DNA from: Stegostoma tigrinum | Lineage: Eukaryota | Length of the DNA: 64,000 nt | Assembly: GCF_030684315.1 (NCBI RefSeq) | Contig: NC_081390.1 | Coordinates: 27,327,288 to 27,391,287 of the forward strand | Direction of reading: 5' to 3' | Shown: piece after piece, positions 40,660 to 51,089 of the stretch | Position numbering within the stretch: the stretch's first letter is position 1 | Layout of the letters: each line of letters begins with the position of its first letter | Made by a program: the position numbers and the translations under genes | Notes under the pieces: generated by a model | Databases searched by the model: none | Told to the model about the DNA's origin: nothing | What the model saw: the letters and a program-made list of their open reading frames with translations, nothing else

Positions 40660-41049
40660 AGAGGGGGATGGGGATAGGGAACTGGAATAAATAGGGAGAG
40701 AGGGGGAGGCGGACCGAAGATGGAGAGAAAAGAAGATAGGTGGAGAGGAGAGTATAGGTGGGAAGGTAGAGAGGGGACAGGTCAGTCCAGGGAAGATGGA
40801 CAGGTCAAGGAGGCAGGATGAGGTAGTAGGTAGGAAATGGAGGTGCGGCTTGAGGTGGGAGGAAGGGATGGGCGAGAGGAAGAACAGGTTAGGGAGGTGG
40901 AGACAGGTTGGGCTGGTTTTGTGATGCAGTGGGGGGAGGGGAAGAACTGGGCTGGTGTTGGGATGCAGTGGGGCAGGGGGAGATTTTGAAGCTTGTGAAG
41001 TCCACATTGATACCATTGGACTGCAGGGTTCCCAAGCGGAATATGAGTT

Positions 41050-42349
41050 AGAACATAGAACATAGAACATAGAACAGTACAGCACAGAACAGGCCCTTCA
41101 GCCCACAATGTTGTGCCGACCATTGATCCTCATGGATGCACCCCCAAATTTCTGTGACCATATGCATGTCCAGCAGTCTCTTAAATGACCCCAATGACCT
41201 TGCTTCCACAACTGCTGCTGGCAACGCATTCCATGCTCTCACAACTCTCTGCGTAAAGAACCTGCCTCTGACATCCCCTCTATACTTTCCACCAACCAGC
41301 TTAAAACTATGACCCCTCGTGCTAGCCATTTCTGCCCTGGGAAATAGTCTCTGGCTATCGACTCTATCTATGCCTCTCATTATCTTGTATACCTCAATTA
41401 GGTCCCCTCTCCTCCTCCTTTTCTCCAATGAAAAGAGACCGAGCTCAGTCAACCTCTCTTCATAAGATAAGCCCTCCAGTCCAGGCAGCATCCTGGTAAA
41501 CCTCCTCTGAACCCTCTCCAAAGCATCCACATCTTTCCTATAATAGGGCGCCCAGAACTGGACGCAGTATTCCAAGTGCGGTCTAACCAAAGTTTTATAG
41601 AGCTGCAACAAGATCTCACGACTCTTAAACTCAATCCCCCTGTTAATGAAAGCCAAAACACCATATGCTTTCTTAACAACCCTGTCCACTTGGGTGGCCA
41701 TTTTAAGGGATCTATGTATCTGCACACCAAGATCCCTCTGTTCCTCCACGCTGCCAAGAATCCTATCCTTAATTCTGTACTCAGCTTTCAAATTCGACCT
41801 TCCAAAATGCATCACCTCGCATTTATCCAGGTTGAACTCCATCTGCCACCTCTCAGCCCATCTCTGCATCCTGTCAATGTCCCGCTGCAGCCTACAACAG
41901 CCCTCTACACTGTCAACGACACCTCCGACCTTTGTGTCGTCTGCAAACTTGCTGACCCATCCTTCAATTCCCTCGTCCAAGTCATTAATAAAAATTACAA
42001 ACAGTAGAGGCCCAAGGACAGAGCCCTGTGGAACCCCACTCACCACTGACTTCCAGGCAGAATATTTTCCTTCTACTACCACTCGCTGTCTTCTGTTGGC
42101 CAGCCAATTCTGTATCCAAGCAGCTAAGTTCCCCTGTATCCCATTCCTCCTGACCTTCTGAATGAGCCTTCCATGGGGAACCTTATCAAATGCCTTACTG
42201 AAGTCCATATACACCACATCCACAGCTTGACCCTCATCAACCTTACTAGTCACATCCTCAAAAAACTCGATAAGGTTTGTAAGGCATGACCTACCCCTCA
42301 CAAAGCCGTGTTGACTGTATTTGATCAAGCCATGCTCTTCCAGATGGTC
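41050..42349 (-). mobile_element. Young 5'-truncated CR1 LINE (RT C-terminal half) nested in the PLE endonuclease
   Basis: Uninterrupted 426-aa frame with [41 protein letters not shown]. (ATGTTCT)n tail. Flanked by AGTT at 41046-49 and 42350-53, where the PLE sequence resumes. Confidence 0.95.
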
Positions 42350-44568
42350 AGTTGCTGTTCCTGCAACCTTCGGGTGGCATCATTGTGGCACTGCAGGAGG
42401 CCCATGATGGACATGTTGTCTAAGGAATGGGAGGGGGAATTAAAATGGTTCGCGACTGGGAGGTGTAGGTATTTATTGCGAACCGAGCGGAGGTGTTCTG
42501 CAAAGCGGTCCCCAAGCCTCCGCCTGGTTTCCCCAATGTAGAGGAACACACACTGGGTACAGTGGATACAGTATACCACATTGGCAGATTTGCAGGTGAA
42601 CATCTGCTTCATGTGGAAAGCCATCTTGGGGCCTGGGATAGGGGTGAGGGAGGAGGTGTGGGGACAAGTGTAGCATTTCCTGCGGTTGCAGGGGAAGGTG
42701 CCGGGTGTGGTGGGGTTGGAGGGCAGTGTGGAGCGAACAAGGGAGTCATGGAGAGAGTGGTCTCTCCGGAAAGCAGAAAGGGGTGGGGATGGAAAAATGT
42801 CTTGGGTGGTGGGGTCGGATTGTAGATGGCGGAAGTGTTGGAGGATGATGCGTTATATCCGGAGGTTGGTGGGGTGGTGTGTGAGAACGAGGGGGATCCT
42901 CTGGGGGCGGTTGTGGCAGGGGTGGGGTGTGAGGGATGTGTTGCAGGAGATGCGGTCCAGGGTGTTCTCGACCACTGCGGGGGGAAAGTTGCGGTCCTTG
43001 AAGAACGTGGACATCTGGGATGTGCGGGAGTGGAATGCCTCATCCTGGGAGCAGATGCGGTGGAGGCAGAGGAATTGGGAATAGGGGATGGAATTTTTGC
43101 AGGAAGTTGGGTGGGAGGAGGTGTGTTCTAGGTAGCTGTGGGAGTTGGTGGGTTTGAAATGGACATCAGTTTCTAGCTGGTTACCTGAGATGGAGACTGA
43201 GAGGTCTAGGAAGGTGAGGGATGTGATGGAGATGGCCCAGGTGAACTGAAGGTTGGGGTGGAATGTGTTGGTGAAATGGATGAACTGTTCGAGCTCCTCT
43301 GGGGAGCAAGAGGCGGCGCCGATACAGTCATCACTGTAATGAAGGAAGAGGTGGGGTTTGGGGCCTGTGTAGGTGCGGAAGAGGGACTGTTCCACGTAGC
43401 CTACAAAGAGGCAGGCATAGCTGGGGCCCATGCGGGTACCCATGGCCACTCCCTTTGTCTGTAGGAAGTGGGAGGAATCGAAAGACAAGTTGTTAAGGGT
43501 GAGGACGAGTTCAGCTAGGCGGATGAGGGTGTCGCTGGAGGGGCATTGGTCGGGTCTGCGGGACAGGAAGAAGTGGAAGGCCTTGAGGCCATCTGCATGA
43601 GGAATACAGGTGTATAGGGACTGGACGTGAAAATAGTGGTGTTGGGGGCCAGGGAATTGGAAGTTCTGGAGGAGGTGGAGTGCGTGGGTGGTGTCACAGA
43701 CGTAGGTAGGGAGTTCCTGGACCAAAGGGGAGAAAATGGAGTCCAGATAGGTGGAGATGAGTTCGGTGGGGCAGGAACAGGCTGAGACAATGTGTCGATC
43801 AGGGCAGGCAGGTTTGTGGATTTTGGAAAGGAGATAGAAACGGGCCGTGCGGGGTTGGGGAACAGTGAGGTTGGAGGCTGTGGGTGGGAGGTCCCCTGAG
43901 GTGGTGAGGCCATGGATGGTGTTGGAGATGATGGTTTGGTGCTCGGGGGTGGGGTCGTGATCAAGGGGGTGGTAGGTGTCGGAGAGTTGGCGTTTGGCCT
44001 TGGCGATGTAGAGGTCAGTGCGCCATACTACCACTGCGCCTCCCTTGTCTGTGGGTTTGATGGTGAGGTTGGGGTTGGAGTGGAGGGCTGCCCATTCTGC
44101 AGGGGAGAGGTTGGAGTGGGTGAGAGGGGTGGAGAGGTTGAGGCGGTTGATGTCTCAATGGCAATTGGAGATGAAGAGTTCGAGGGAGTGTAGGAGGCCT
44201 AGGGGTGGTGTCTAGGAAGAGGACTTGTGTTGGAGGTGGGTGAAGGGGTCAGTGGAGGGAGGGTAGGCTCCCGGTTAGAGAAGTAAGCGTGGAGGCGAAG
44301 GCAGCGGAAAAACTGCTCGATGTGCAAACGTGACTGGTATTCATTGATGTGTGGGTGGAGAGGTCAAACGTGAGCCCCTTGCTTAGGACTGACCGTTCGT
44401 CCTCGGTCATTGGGAGGTCTGGGGGGCTGGTGAAGGTGCGGACTGACCTATCTCCTCCCTATGTCCCCACCTATACTCTCCTCTCCACCTAACTTCTTTT
44501 CTCTCCATCTTCAGTCTACCTCCCCCTCTCTTCCTATTTATTCCAGAACACACTCCCCATGCCCCTCT

Positions 44569-44596
44569 CTGATGAAGGGTCTAGGCCTGAAACGCC
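44569..44596 (+). ncRNA. Hammerhead core with mutated cleavage triplet
   Basis: CTGATGA-agggt-ctag-gcct-GAAAC-GCC; GTC is changed to GCC. Confidence 0.55.
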
Positions 44597-45027
44597 AGCT
44601 TTTGTGCTCCTGAGATGCTGCTTGGCCTGCTGAATTCATCCAGCTGCACACTTTGTTACAATGCAAATGGCATCCTCCCGTAAGATGTGCAGGAGTATTT
44701 ATTCTGAATTTCGCATACTTGAGGATGAGGAGGGGAGGGGTTAGAGCTGGGAGAAGAGTGTCTCTGGGGAGAAAAAGTGTCCAGCAGCCATGTTATCAGA
44801 ATATTTCCAGTGTGACTGATGGATTTAGCGTTTCTGCTGGTTTGGTTCTTCCTATCTGAGAGGTAGAGACAATGCTTCTGTCAAATTTTGTCCCAGAGCC
44901 AGACTGGAATTCACTAATTTAGGAGATTTGCTGTGATCAATAGCAATCCTTTTTTTGTACAAAGAATTAGTTCAGTTTTGTCTGTGTAAGTGGTCTATAA
45001 GTTGATTAGTTGCTTCCTAATAATGTT

Positions 45028-45630
45028 TAGAACATAGAACAGAACAGTAGAGCACAGAACAGGCCCTTCAGCCCACGATGTTGACCATTGATCCTAATGT
45101 ATGCACCCTCAAATTTCTGTGACCATATGCATGTCCAGCAGTCTCTTAAATGTCCCCAATGACCTTGCTTCCACAACTGCTGCTGGCAACGCATTCCATG
45201 CTCTCACAACTCTCTGTGTAAAGAACCCACCTCTGACATCCCCTCTATACTTTGCTCCAACCAGCTTAAAACTATGACCCCCTTGTGCTAGCCTTTTCTG
45301 CCCTGGGAAATAGCCTCTGGCTATCAACTCTATCTATGCCTCTCATTATCTTGTATACCTCAATTAGGTCCCCTCTCCTCCTCCTTTTCTCCAATGAAAA
45401 AAGTCCGAGCTCAGTCAACCTCTCTTCATAAGATAAGCCCTCCAGTCCAGGCAGCATCCTGGTAAACCTCCTCTGAACCCTGTCCAAAGCATCAACATCT
45501 TTCCTATAATAGGGCGCCCAGAACTGGACGCAGTATTCCAAGTGCGGTCTAACCAAAGTTTTATAGAGCTGCAACAAGATCTCACGACTCTTAAACTCAA
45601 TCCCCCTGCTAATGAAAGCCAAAACACCAT
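45028..45630 (-). mobile_element. 5'-truncated CR1 LINE, same subfamily as 41050-42349
   Basis: Nearly the same sequence as 41060-41665; ORFs 45272..45622 and 45109..45327 are separated by a frameshift. Confidence 0.92.
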
Positions 45631-46350
45631 GATATTTTCAATCCACCTTTTCCCTGGTGAAGTGCGGATGAGAAAGCTGATATTAAAATTGTTCAGACTT
45701 ACCCTTTCATTATTCAGTAACAGCTTAGTGACCTTAGTGATGTCTAAAGTGTAGCTGTAAAGCACACCTTACTCTCTTTGGTAGACACAGCGAATAATCC
45801 ATGTTACCCCATACTCCCATTCCACTCTGGGCGAGCCACTGTTTGGTTTGTAACAATAAAATAAAGAACACCATGCATTATTGAGTCACAAATAAGTAAA
45901 TGCTCATAGACCTGAGCTGCCTCGACATATTTGCCTTAGCAATTTAAGCCCTCATTAACAGAAAAGCGGAAAACGATGTAAAGAGAGCTATTAATGATGA
46001 AACCCTACATAAAAACTGAAAATTGCTGGAAATATACATCAAACCTGCCAGGTGGCCCCTGAAGAGAGAAAATAGGTTAACGTTGCAGCTTTAGCCTTTT
46101 GTGAGCTTTGAGCGAGCCTTCAACCATAAGTATTAACCTCTCTCTTCTCTTGACAGTTGCTGTCAAACCGGCTATGTATTTCCAACATGATATTGGAAGC
46201 ACACAGTGTAGTGTGGCAAATGCTATACAGCAGAAAATGCCTTTGACCGGAGTGTTTATTCGATAAATTCAAGTCGTTTCTGGTCACATCATGGAGTATT
46301 TTAATATATATATAATGCTCAAAACTTTTTCTAATTCATGTACGTACGTG

Positions 46351-46450
46351 TGGACGTACATGGAATAGTGTAGGTTAGGTGGGCTTTGGATTGGTATGAC
46401 AGGTCGGCACAACATCGAGGGCCGAAGGGCCTGTACTGTGCTGTAATGTT
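46351..46450 (+). mobile_element. CR1 3'-end fragment (about 100 bp)
   Basis: ggtcggcacaacatcgagggccgaagggcctgtactgtgctgtaatgtt, the CR1 3' UTR motif shared with other copies here. Confidence 0.85.
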
Positions 46451-46668
46451 AGAACATAGAACATAGAACATTACAGCACAGTACAGGCCCTTCGGCCCTC
46501 GATGTTGTGCCGACCTGTCATACCGATCTCAAGCCCATCTAACCTACACTATTCCATGTACGTCCATATGCTTATCCAATGACGACTTCAATGTACCTAA
46601 AGTTGGCGAATCTACTACCGTTGCAGGCAAAGCGTTCCATTCTCTTACTACTCTCTGAGTAAAGAAAC
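46451..46668 (-). mobile_element. CR1 3'-end fragment, tail-to-tail with the previous copy
   Basis: (AGAACAT)n tail; encodes FFTQRVVREWNALPATVVDSPTLGTLKSSLDKHM. Confidence 0.88.
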
Positions 46669-46676
46669 TATATGAC

Positions 46677-47574
46677 TTGAACTGTATGTATATTCTTATA
46701 CAAAATTTTGATACAAAATTTTGATCATCAGTTTTCAAAATATCAAAAGGTGGTGTGTAGTATCCTGTTGCTGGATCAAAACCCTGGAATTCCCTCCCTA
46801 ATGGCATTGTGGGTCAATTTACAGCAGATGGACTGCAGCGGTTAAAAGAAGGCAACTCACTACCACCTTCTCAAGGGGAACTAGGGGCATGCAGTAAATG
46901 CTGGCCAGCCAGTGATGCACACATTCCACAACATGAATTTTAAAAAATTATGAGCTTAATGTGCTTAATATATATTAAAACTAAACAGTGAATATATTAG
47001 GATAAACTACTTTATATATAAGCAAACTAATTAGTCGCACTATCTTGTCTTTGCACCGGGGATTTAAGATGGCTGGCACTTGGAGCTCTATCTCAGATTG
47101 CATGGCACTGGTTTCATGAACCCCAGTCTGATGGTGAAGGCCCATGACTCCTGTTTCATGACTCTGGTTCAATGAGGAAAATCCCATGAGTGGGTCGAAG
47201 TATTAACACTATTAATAATGAATACTATCCTGGTGTCATGTTGATTTGCCATTTTGTACATTCAGTACATTTCCAGACTTTCCATTGTGCAGAAAACAAA
47301 TTGAAAACAGCTCTGCACTAACTATATAAAAGAATGGTTCCCACAGGCCATCATGGTTTTGCAGTTACATCCCAGACAAATCAGGTTGTTTTTCCACCAG
47401 TCCTATTTTCATTTTTTTATACTTTGCTGTAATTGCATATTGTCATGTCCTTATTTATTACCCCTCAATGATCTGATTTGGAGGTATCATTTTTAAGCCA
47501 ATACTACACACCACCATCTGATATCTTGAAAACTGATGATCAGAACTCTGTATAAGAACATACATATTGTTCAA
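46677..47574. repeat. Pair of ~75-85 bp inverted repeats enclosing about 740 bp (possible MITE or DNA transposon relic)
   Basis: 46677-46763 (…gatcatcagttttcaaaatatcaaaaggtggtgtgtagtat) is the reverse complement of 47501-47574 (atactacacaccaccatctgatatcttgaaaactgatgatc…). Confidence 0.7.
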
Positions 47575-50159
47575 TTTCTGCAAGTTGGTTATACATGTGG
47601 TATAGTTTGCAGGCCATTATACAGGTCCATACAAACAAGAATCATTCAGTTAACAATAGTACAACAAATGGATGCCATAAGGAGAGAGTACTGCCAAAGC
47701 TTTAGGTGACCACAACTTAAAAATCTCTCACAACAAGGATTTGTAAACTGAAAATCAATTGACCATGGCTAGAAATTACAGCAGTTTCTTGCCATAAGAA
47801 GTCATGGCGTACTGTTGCCAAATGCTGTGCAAGGAAGGCCCACAATTTTTTAAATGTCGCATGTGGAGGAACCCTTCTCGATCAATTGATGGTGTGATAC
47901 ACTTATCTCATTCTTTAATAAAGTAGGGCTTATGACCAATTGCATCATCAATAACAATAATTTCTCCCTATCTAAGCTGACAGTGTTTCTTTCTCTTATA
48001 ATTATGATAGACAATATAAGTGCTGGTCAATACACATGGTTAGGGCCTGTTTGCAAATCATTGTGCGGTAACTTCTCCATACTGCATATAGAGTACCCCT
48101 GCTCTGCTGCAGTATACATGATTCAAAGGTAGGAGTTTAGAAGGGACATATTAGGTCTTCTGACCACTGTTCACAATCATTTTCCTTGTGAGGTTGTTTG
48201 TTATAATCCAACCTCTTGCCAAAAAACACAGATATCCCCAAACAGATGAGGTAGAGTGAAAAACTAGCACCATATTTGCTCCTGTGTACTATTTAAAAGC
48301 AAAAAGTATTACACAGTATTACATACTGTGGCATTTCAATTAGCAATTAGCCTTTAACAGATCAGGTTTAAGTACTAAGTTAGCATGAGTTCTATGTTCT
48401 ATGTTGGTACCACTCGCTAGACTAGCATTTATTGCCCATTCCTAATTACCCTGCGGGCAGTTAAGGGGCAACTATATTGCTGTGGTTTTGAAGTCACATG
48501 TAGACCAGACCAAGTATGGATGGCAGATTTTCTTCCCTTAAGGGCAATTGTAAACCAGATGGGTCATTATTAGACTCTCTAGTCCCAGATTTTTATTAAC
48601 TTCAAATTCTACCACTTACCATATCAGGATTCAAACTTAGATCATCAGAAAATTATCTTGGTTTCTGTATTAATGCTGTAGCAATAACCCCACTAGGCCC
48701 TCCCTGTGGAAATTGTTGTTTTGGCTGAAAAGTATAATGTAATAACTCATTTTGATTCTTTTTGTTATAAGTATGCCTGTATAGAAACTAGGCTGCCATA
48801 TTGTGATAATTATGGGAGTCTTTTGTACTATTCTCCAATTTCTCAGTCAGGAATCTCAGATTTGTTCATTATTGTTGATGTAATCAGGGAATTTGCTTGC
48901 ACACTGGAATTACAAGGGCTTGTTGTGTTTCTGAGGTACTCTGAACCCTCGCCCTCCCTACAAATATCAAATGATTTTGAAATGTTGCACTCTGCCAAAT
49001 TGATCAGATATCAACGCGCCTGGAATCTCAAATCAACTTACACATAACCAAAGAATCTTAAGCTAAGATTGTAACAACATTTCAAGTGCAAAAAGACAGT
49101 GATATTATTTCTCCTGACCCAAAGCTGAATTTGCAAGCATCAACTGATCTGCGGATTTCCCTGACGTGAAGTAATTAGCCTCAAATTGACCTTGGGGAAT
49201 GCTTATCTACACTAACTAAATCTTATGGCCTTTAAATAACAGACTAGTTAAATATATTGCAATAACGCACACAATGAACTATACATAGTTAAAGTAATTG
49301 TAATGTTTGGATTTTCCAGAAAAAATGTCACAGGAGATTTTCCAGGTTTATCAATGTGCTTTCATTCTTGCAAATAGGCATGATAAGCAAGGCTGGAACT
49401 TATTGTCTATCCCTTGCTGCTGTCAATAAGATGCTGCTGAAGTGCCTACCATACTGAGTGACTTGCAGGTCACTTCAGACGATAGTTATGAGTTAACTAC
49501 ATTGTTTGAGGATTGCAGTCTAATACATTGTCAGATATGGATAAGATCACCAGGTTTCATTCTATGAAGGGCATTAATGAACTTATTGAGTTTTTACAGC
49601 AATCTACAGCTTCGTGGACATCAAAACCAGGTTTTAATTTTTAAAACTTTTTATTATTTCTAAATATTTTAAAACCAGATGCCAAATTCTGTAGTTGCTG
49701 TTGAATTGAACTCACATTTTCAGGATTGTTGTTTTAGAAATGCAATATAACTAAAGAGTAAGAATTTCATTTCTCATTTCTCTTGAATCTTCTCAACTAT
49801 GCTAATTTGCAATGGATATTACAGACAGACAGACAGCATGACTTATATGTGACTGTGCTGCAGGCAAGTTTTTTTTTCTCACCCATTCTGTGTGCTTCCT
49901 TATCATTCAGCAGTTACCAAATCCAATGGCTGCAAATCCTTCCTCTGTGATCTGCTTCAAGATTTCATGAAAGTCCTGCTGGATGACGGTTCCAGTTTCA
50001 TCCATGTTTGTATCATGTGCTTCTCTCAGACTGTCAATTCTATTCCTGCATGGTGTCGAGAAATGCAAAGCAAGCCAGCATGTCTTGTACCAGGAGTTTT
50101 TGTTCTCTGCAAAAGCAAAATCTAATCAATATGTTCTAAAATGCCTTTTCTTTCAACAG

Positions 50160-50254
50160 CCTCCAGTACTACAGCCTTCCAACCACATATGCAGCTCCAA
50201 AGAACACGACACTGGAAAAGTAGTAAAACCAATCCGTATCGAGGACCCCAGTAG
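50160..50254 (+). CDS. CCSER2: Alternative reading frame of the same terminal exon (short-isoform C-terminus)
   Basis: Entered in phase 1, it reads (x)SSTTAFQPHMQLQRTRHWKSSKTNPYRGPQ*, with TAG at 50252-54. The recalled human short isoform ends TSSTTAFQQPSQTHRSHPGKTNKATTYRGPQ*, the same length. Confidence 0.75.
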
Positions 50255-51089
50255 ATGTACAGAGAATGTGTCTTGTGACTGCCAAACCAACCAAAATGCA
50301 AAAGCTGCTGTTTCCTCGGAGATATCTTCAGATAAACTCAGCTTCCGTCAACCCATCCCACAAAAGTCAGGGGACTCTTCCCAAGAACAGCCAGGGTGTA
50401 AGAAGGTCAGACAAAATTCAAATTTTGCACCTAAGGAACATGGACACAGTCAGGTTTCAGTGCAGCAGACCAGTTTACGGAGCACTTCAGTATTTACAGA
50501 AGAATCCAGAAATAAAGACTTTCGGCCCAGGTTTGCTTTTAGACAGTGTGTACCTTCCAAAGATCCAAGTGTCAAATCCAAGACTCGGGCTTCAACAGTG
50601 AAGTCTTCTCAACTTTCCAAATCCAGAAAGAGTGCTGGCTCAGTCTCTCACCTAGGGATTTGCATTGGAGAACGTCCAGTTGATCTATCAATGAGAGATC
50701 AAAAGGAATCAGAACGTCAAGTCCCCCAACCAGTACATATCAACCTTACAACACCTAGCGACGAACAGCAAAAGAGAAAATCTAAACTTCCACCATCCCT
50801 ATCTTCACCACTTCTGACCATTAAAACAACAGTGTTTCCAACGAATCCTCAGCCACTTGTCAGGGAGAGTCAGCATGGCGAACCCAACAAACACAGGGAT
50901 GAATCCCATTTTGAGATTTTGCCATTCACCAAGCTGCAGAGAAAGCAGCCGCTCGGAGAAGACCATCCACGGAAGCTTCAGAGCTACGATTCCCAACCTG
51001 AGAAATCTTCAACCTCGTTCCGGCAATCCCGCCTTCCTCAACCAAAGATGCATGCATCCGGCCCCTCAAACAGCAGCTCCCAGAGTTGA
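50160..51089 (+). CDS. CCSER2: Terminal coding exon of coiled-coil serine-rich protein 2, long-isoform frame (309 aa + stop)
   Basis: Acceptor ttttctttcaacAG at 50158-59, branch-like ctaat near 50122, phase 0. The exon starts PPVLQPSNHICSSKEHDTGKVVKPIRIEDPS, versus recalled human PQVLQPSSSLPRPTDHTQGKLIKPQRIEARS. It ends SRLPQPKMH..., versus recalled human SRLPKPKIH. It is the only long non-transposon ORF in the window (track 49983..51089). Confidence 0.85.
   Translation, partial: PPVLQPSNHICSSKEHDTGKVVKPIRIEDPSRCTENVSCDCQTNQNAKAAVSSEISSDKLSFRQPIPQKSGDSSQEQPGCKKVRQNSNFAPKEHGHSQVSVQQTSLRSTSVFTEESRNKDFRPRFAFRQCVPSKDPSVKSKTRASTVKSSQLSKSRKSAGSVSHLGICIGERPVDLSMRDQKESERQVPQPVHINLTTPSDEQQKRKSKLPPSLSSPLLTIKTTVFPTNPQPLVRESQHGEPNKHRDESHFEILPFTKLQRKQPLGEDHPRKLQSYDSQPEKSSTSFRQSRLPQPKMHASGPSNSSSQS

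Larger units (their letters stand above)
40533..44658 (-). mobile_element. Penelope-like retroelement (Neptune-type; RT + GIY-YIG), disrupted, with inverted short terminal repeat
   Basis: RT ORF 42853..44034 (QTKGVAMGTRMGPSYACLF; catalytic motif degraded to HYSDD). GIY-YIG ORF 42325..42624. Inverted repeat about 44440-44658. 14-bp TSD CAATGCAAATGGCA at 40519-32 and 44659-72. Confidence 0.93.

Noticed and set aside
41050-41080. CRISPR-like or telomere-like short repeat (AGAACAT)n
   Set aside because: It is the CR1 3' microsatellite tail, with no spacers, in a eukaryotic context.
41449-42161. Overlapping 102-171 aa ORFs around the CR1
   Set aside because: Alternative-frame and antisense shadows of the CR1 RT.
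48388-48405. Isolated ttctatgttctatgtt as the far breakpoint of an inversion linked to 46450
   Set aside because: Re-inverting the segment does not restore a clean element or TSD; more likely an extremely truncated CR1 tail or chance.
49983-50159. N-terminal 59 codons of the 368-aa ORF as coding sequence
   Set aside because: They lie upstream of a clear acceptor at 50158-59, and recalled homology starts exactly at 50160, so this is most likely intron.
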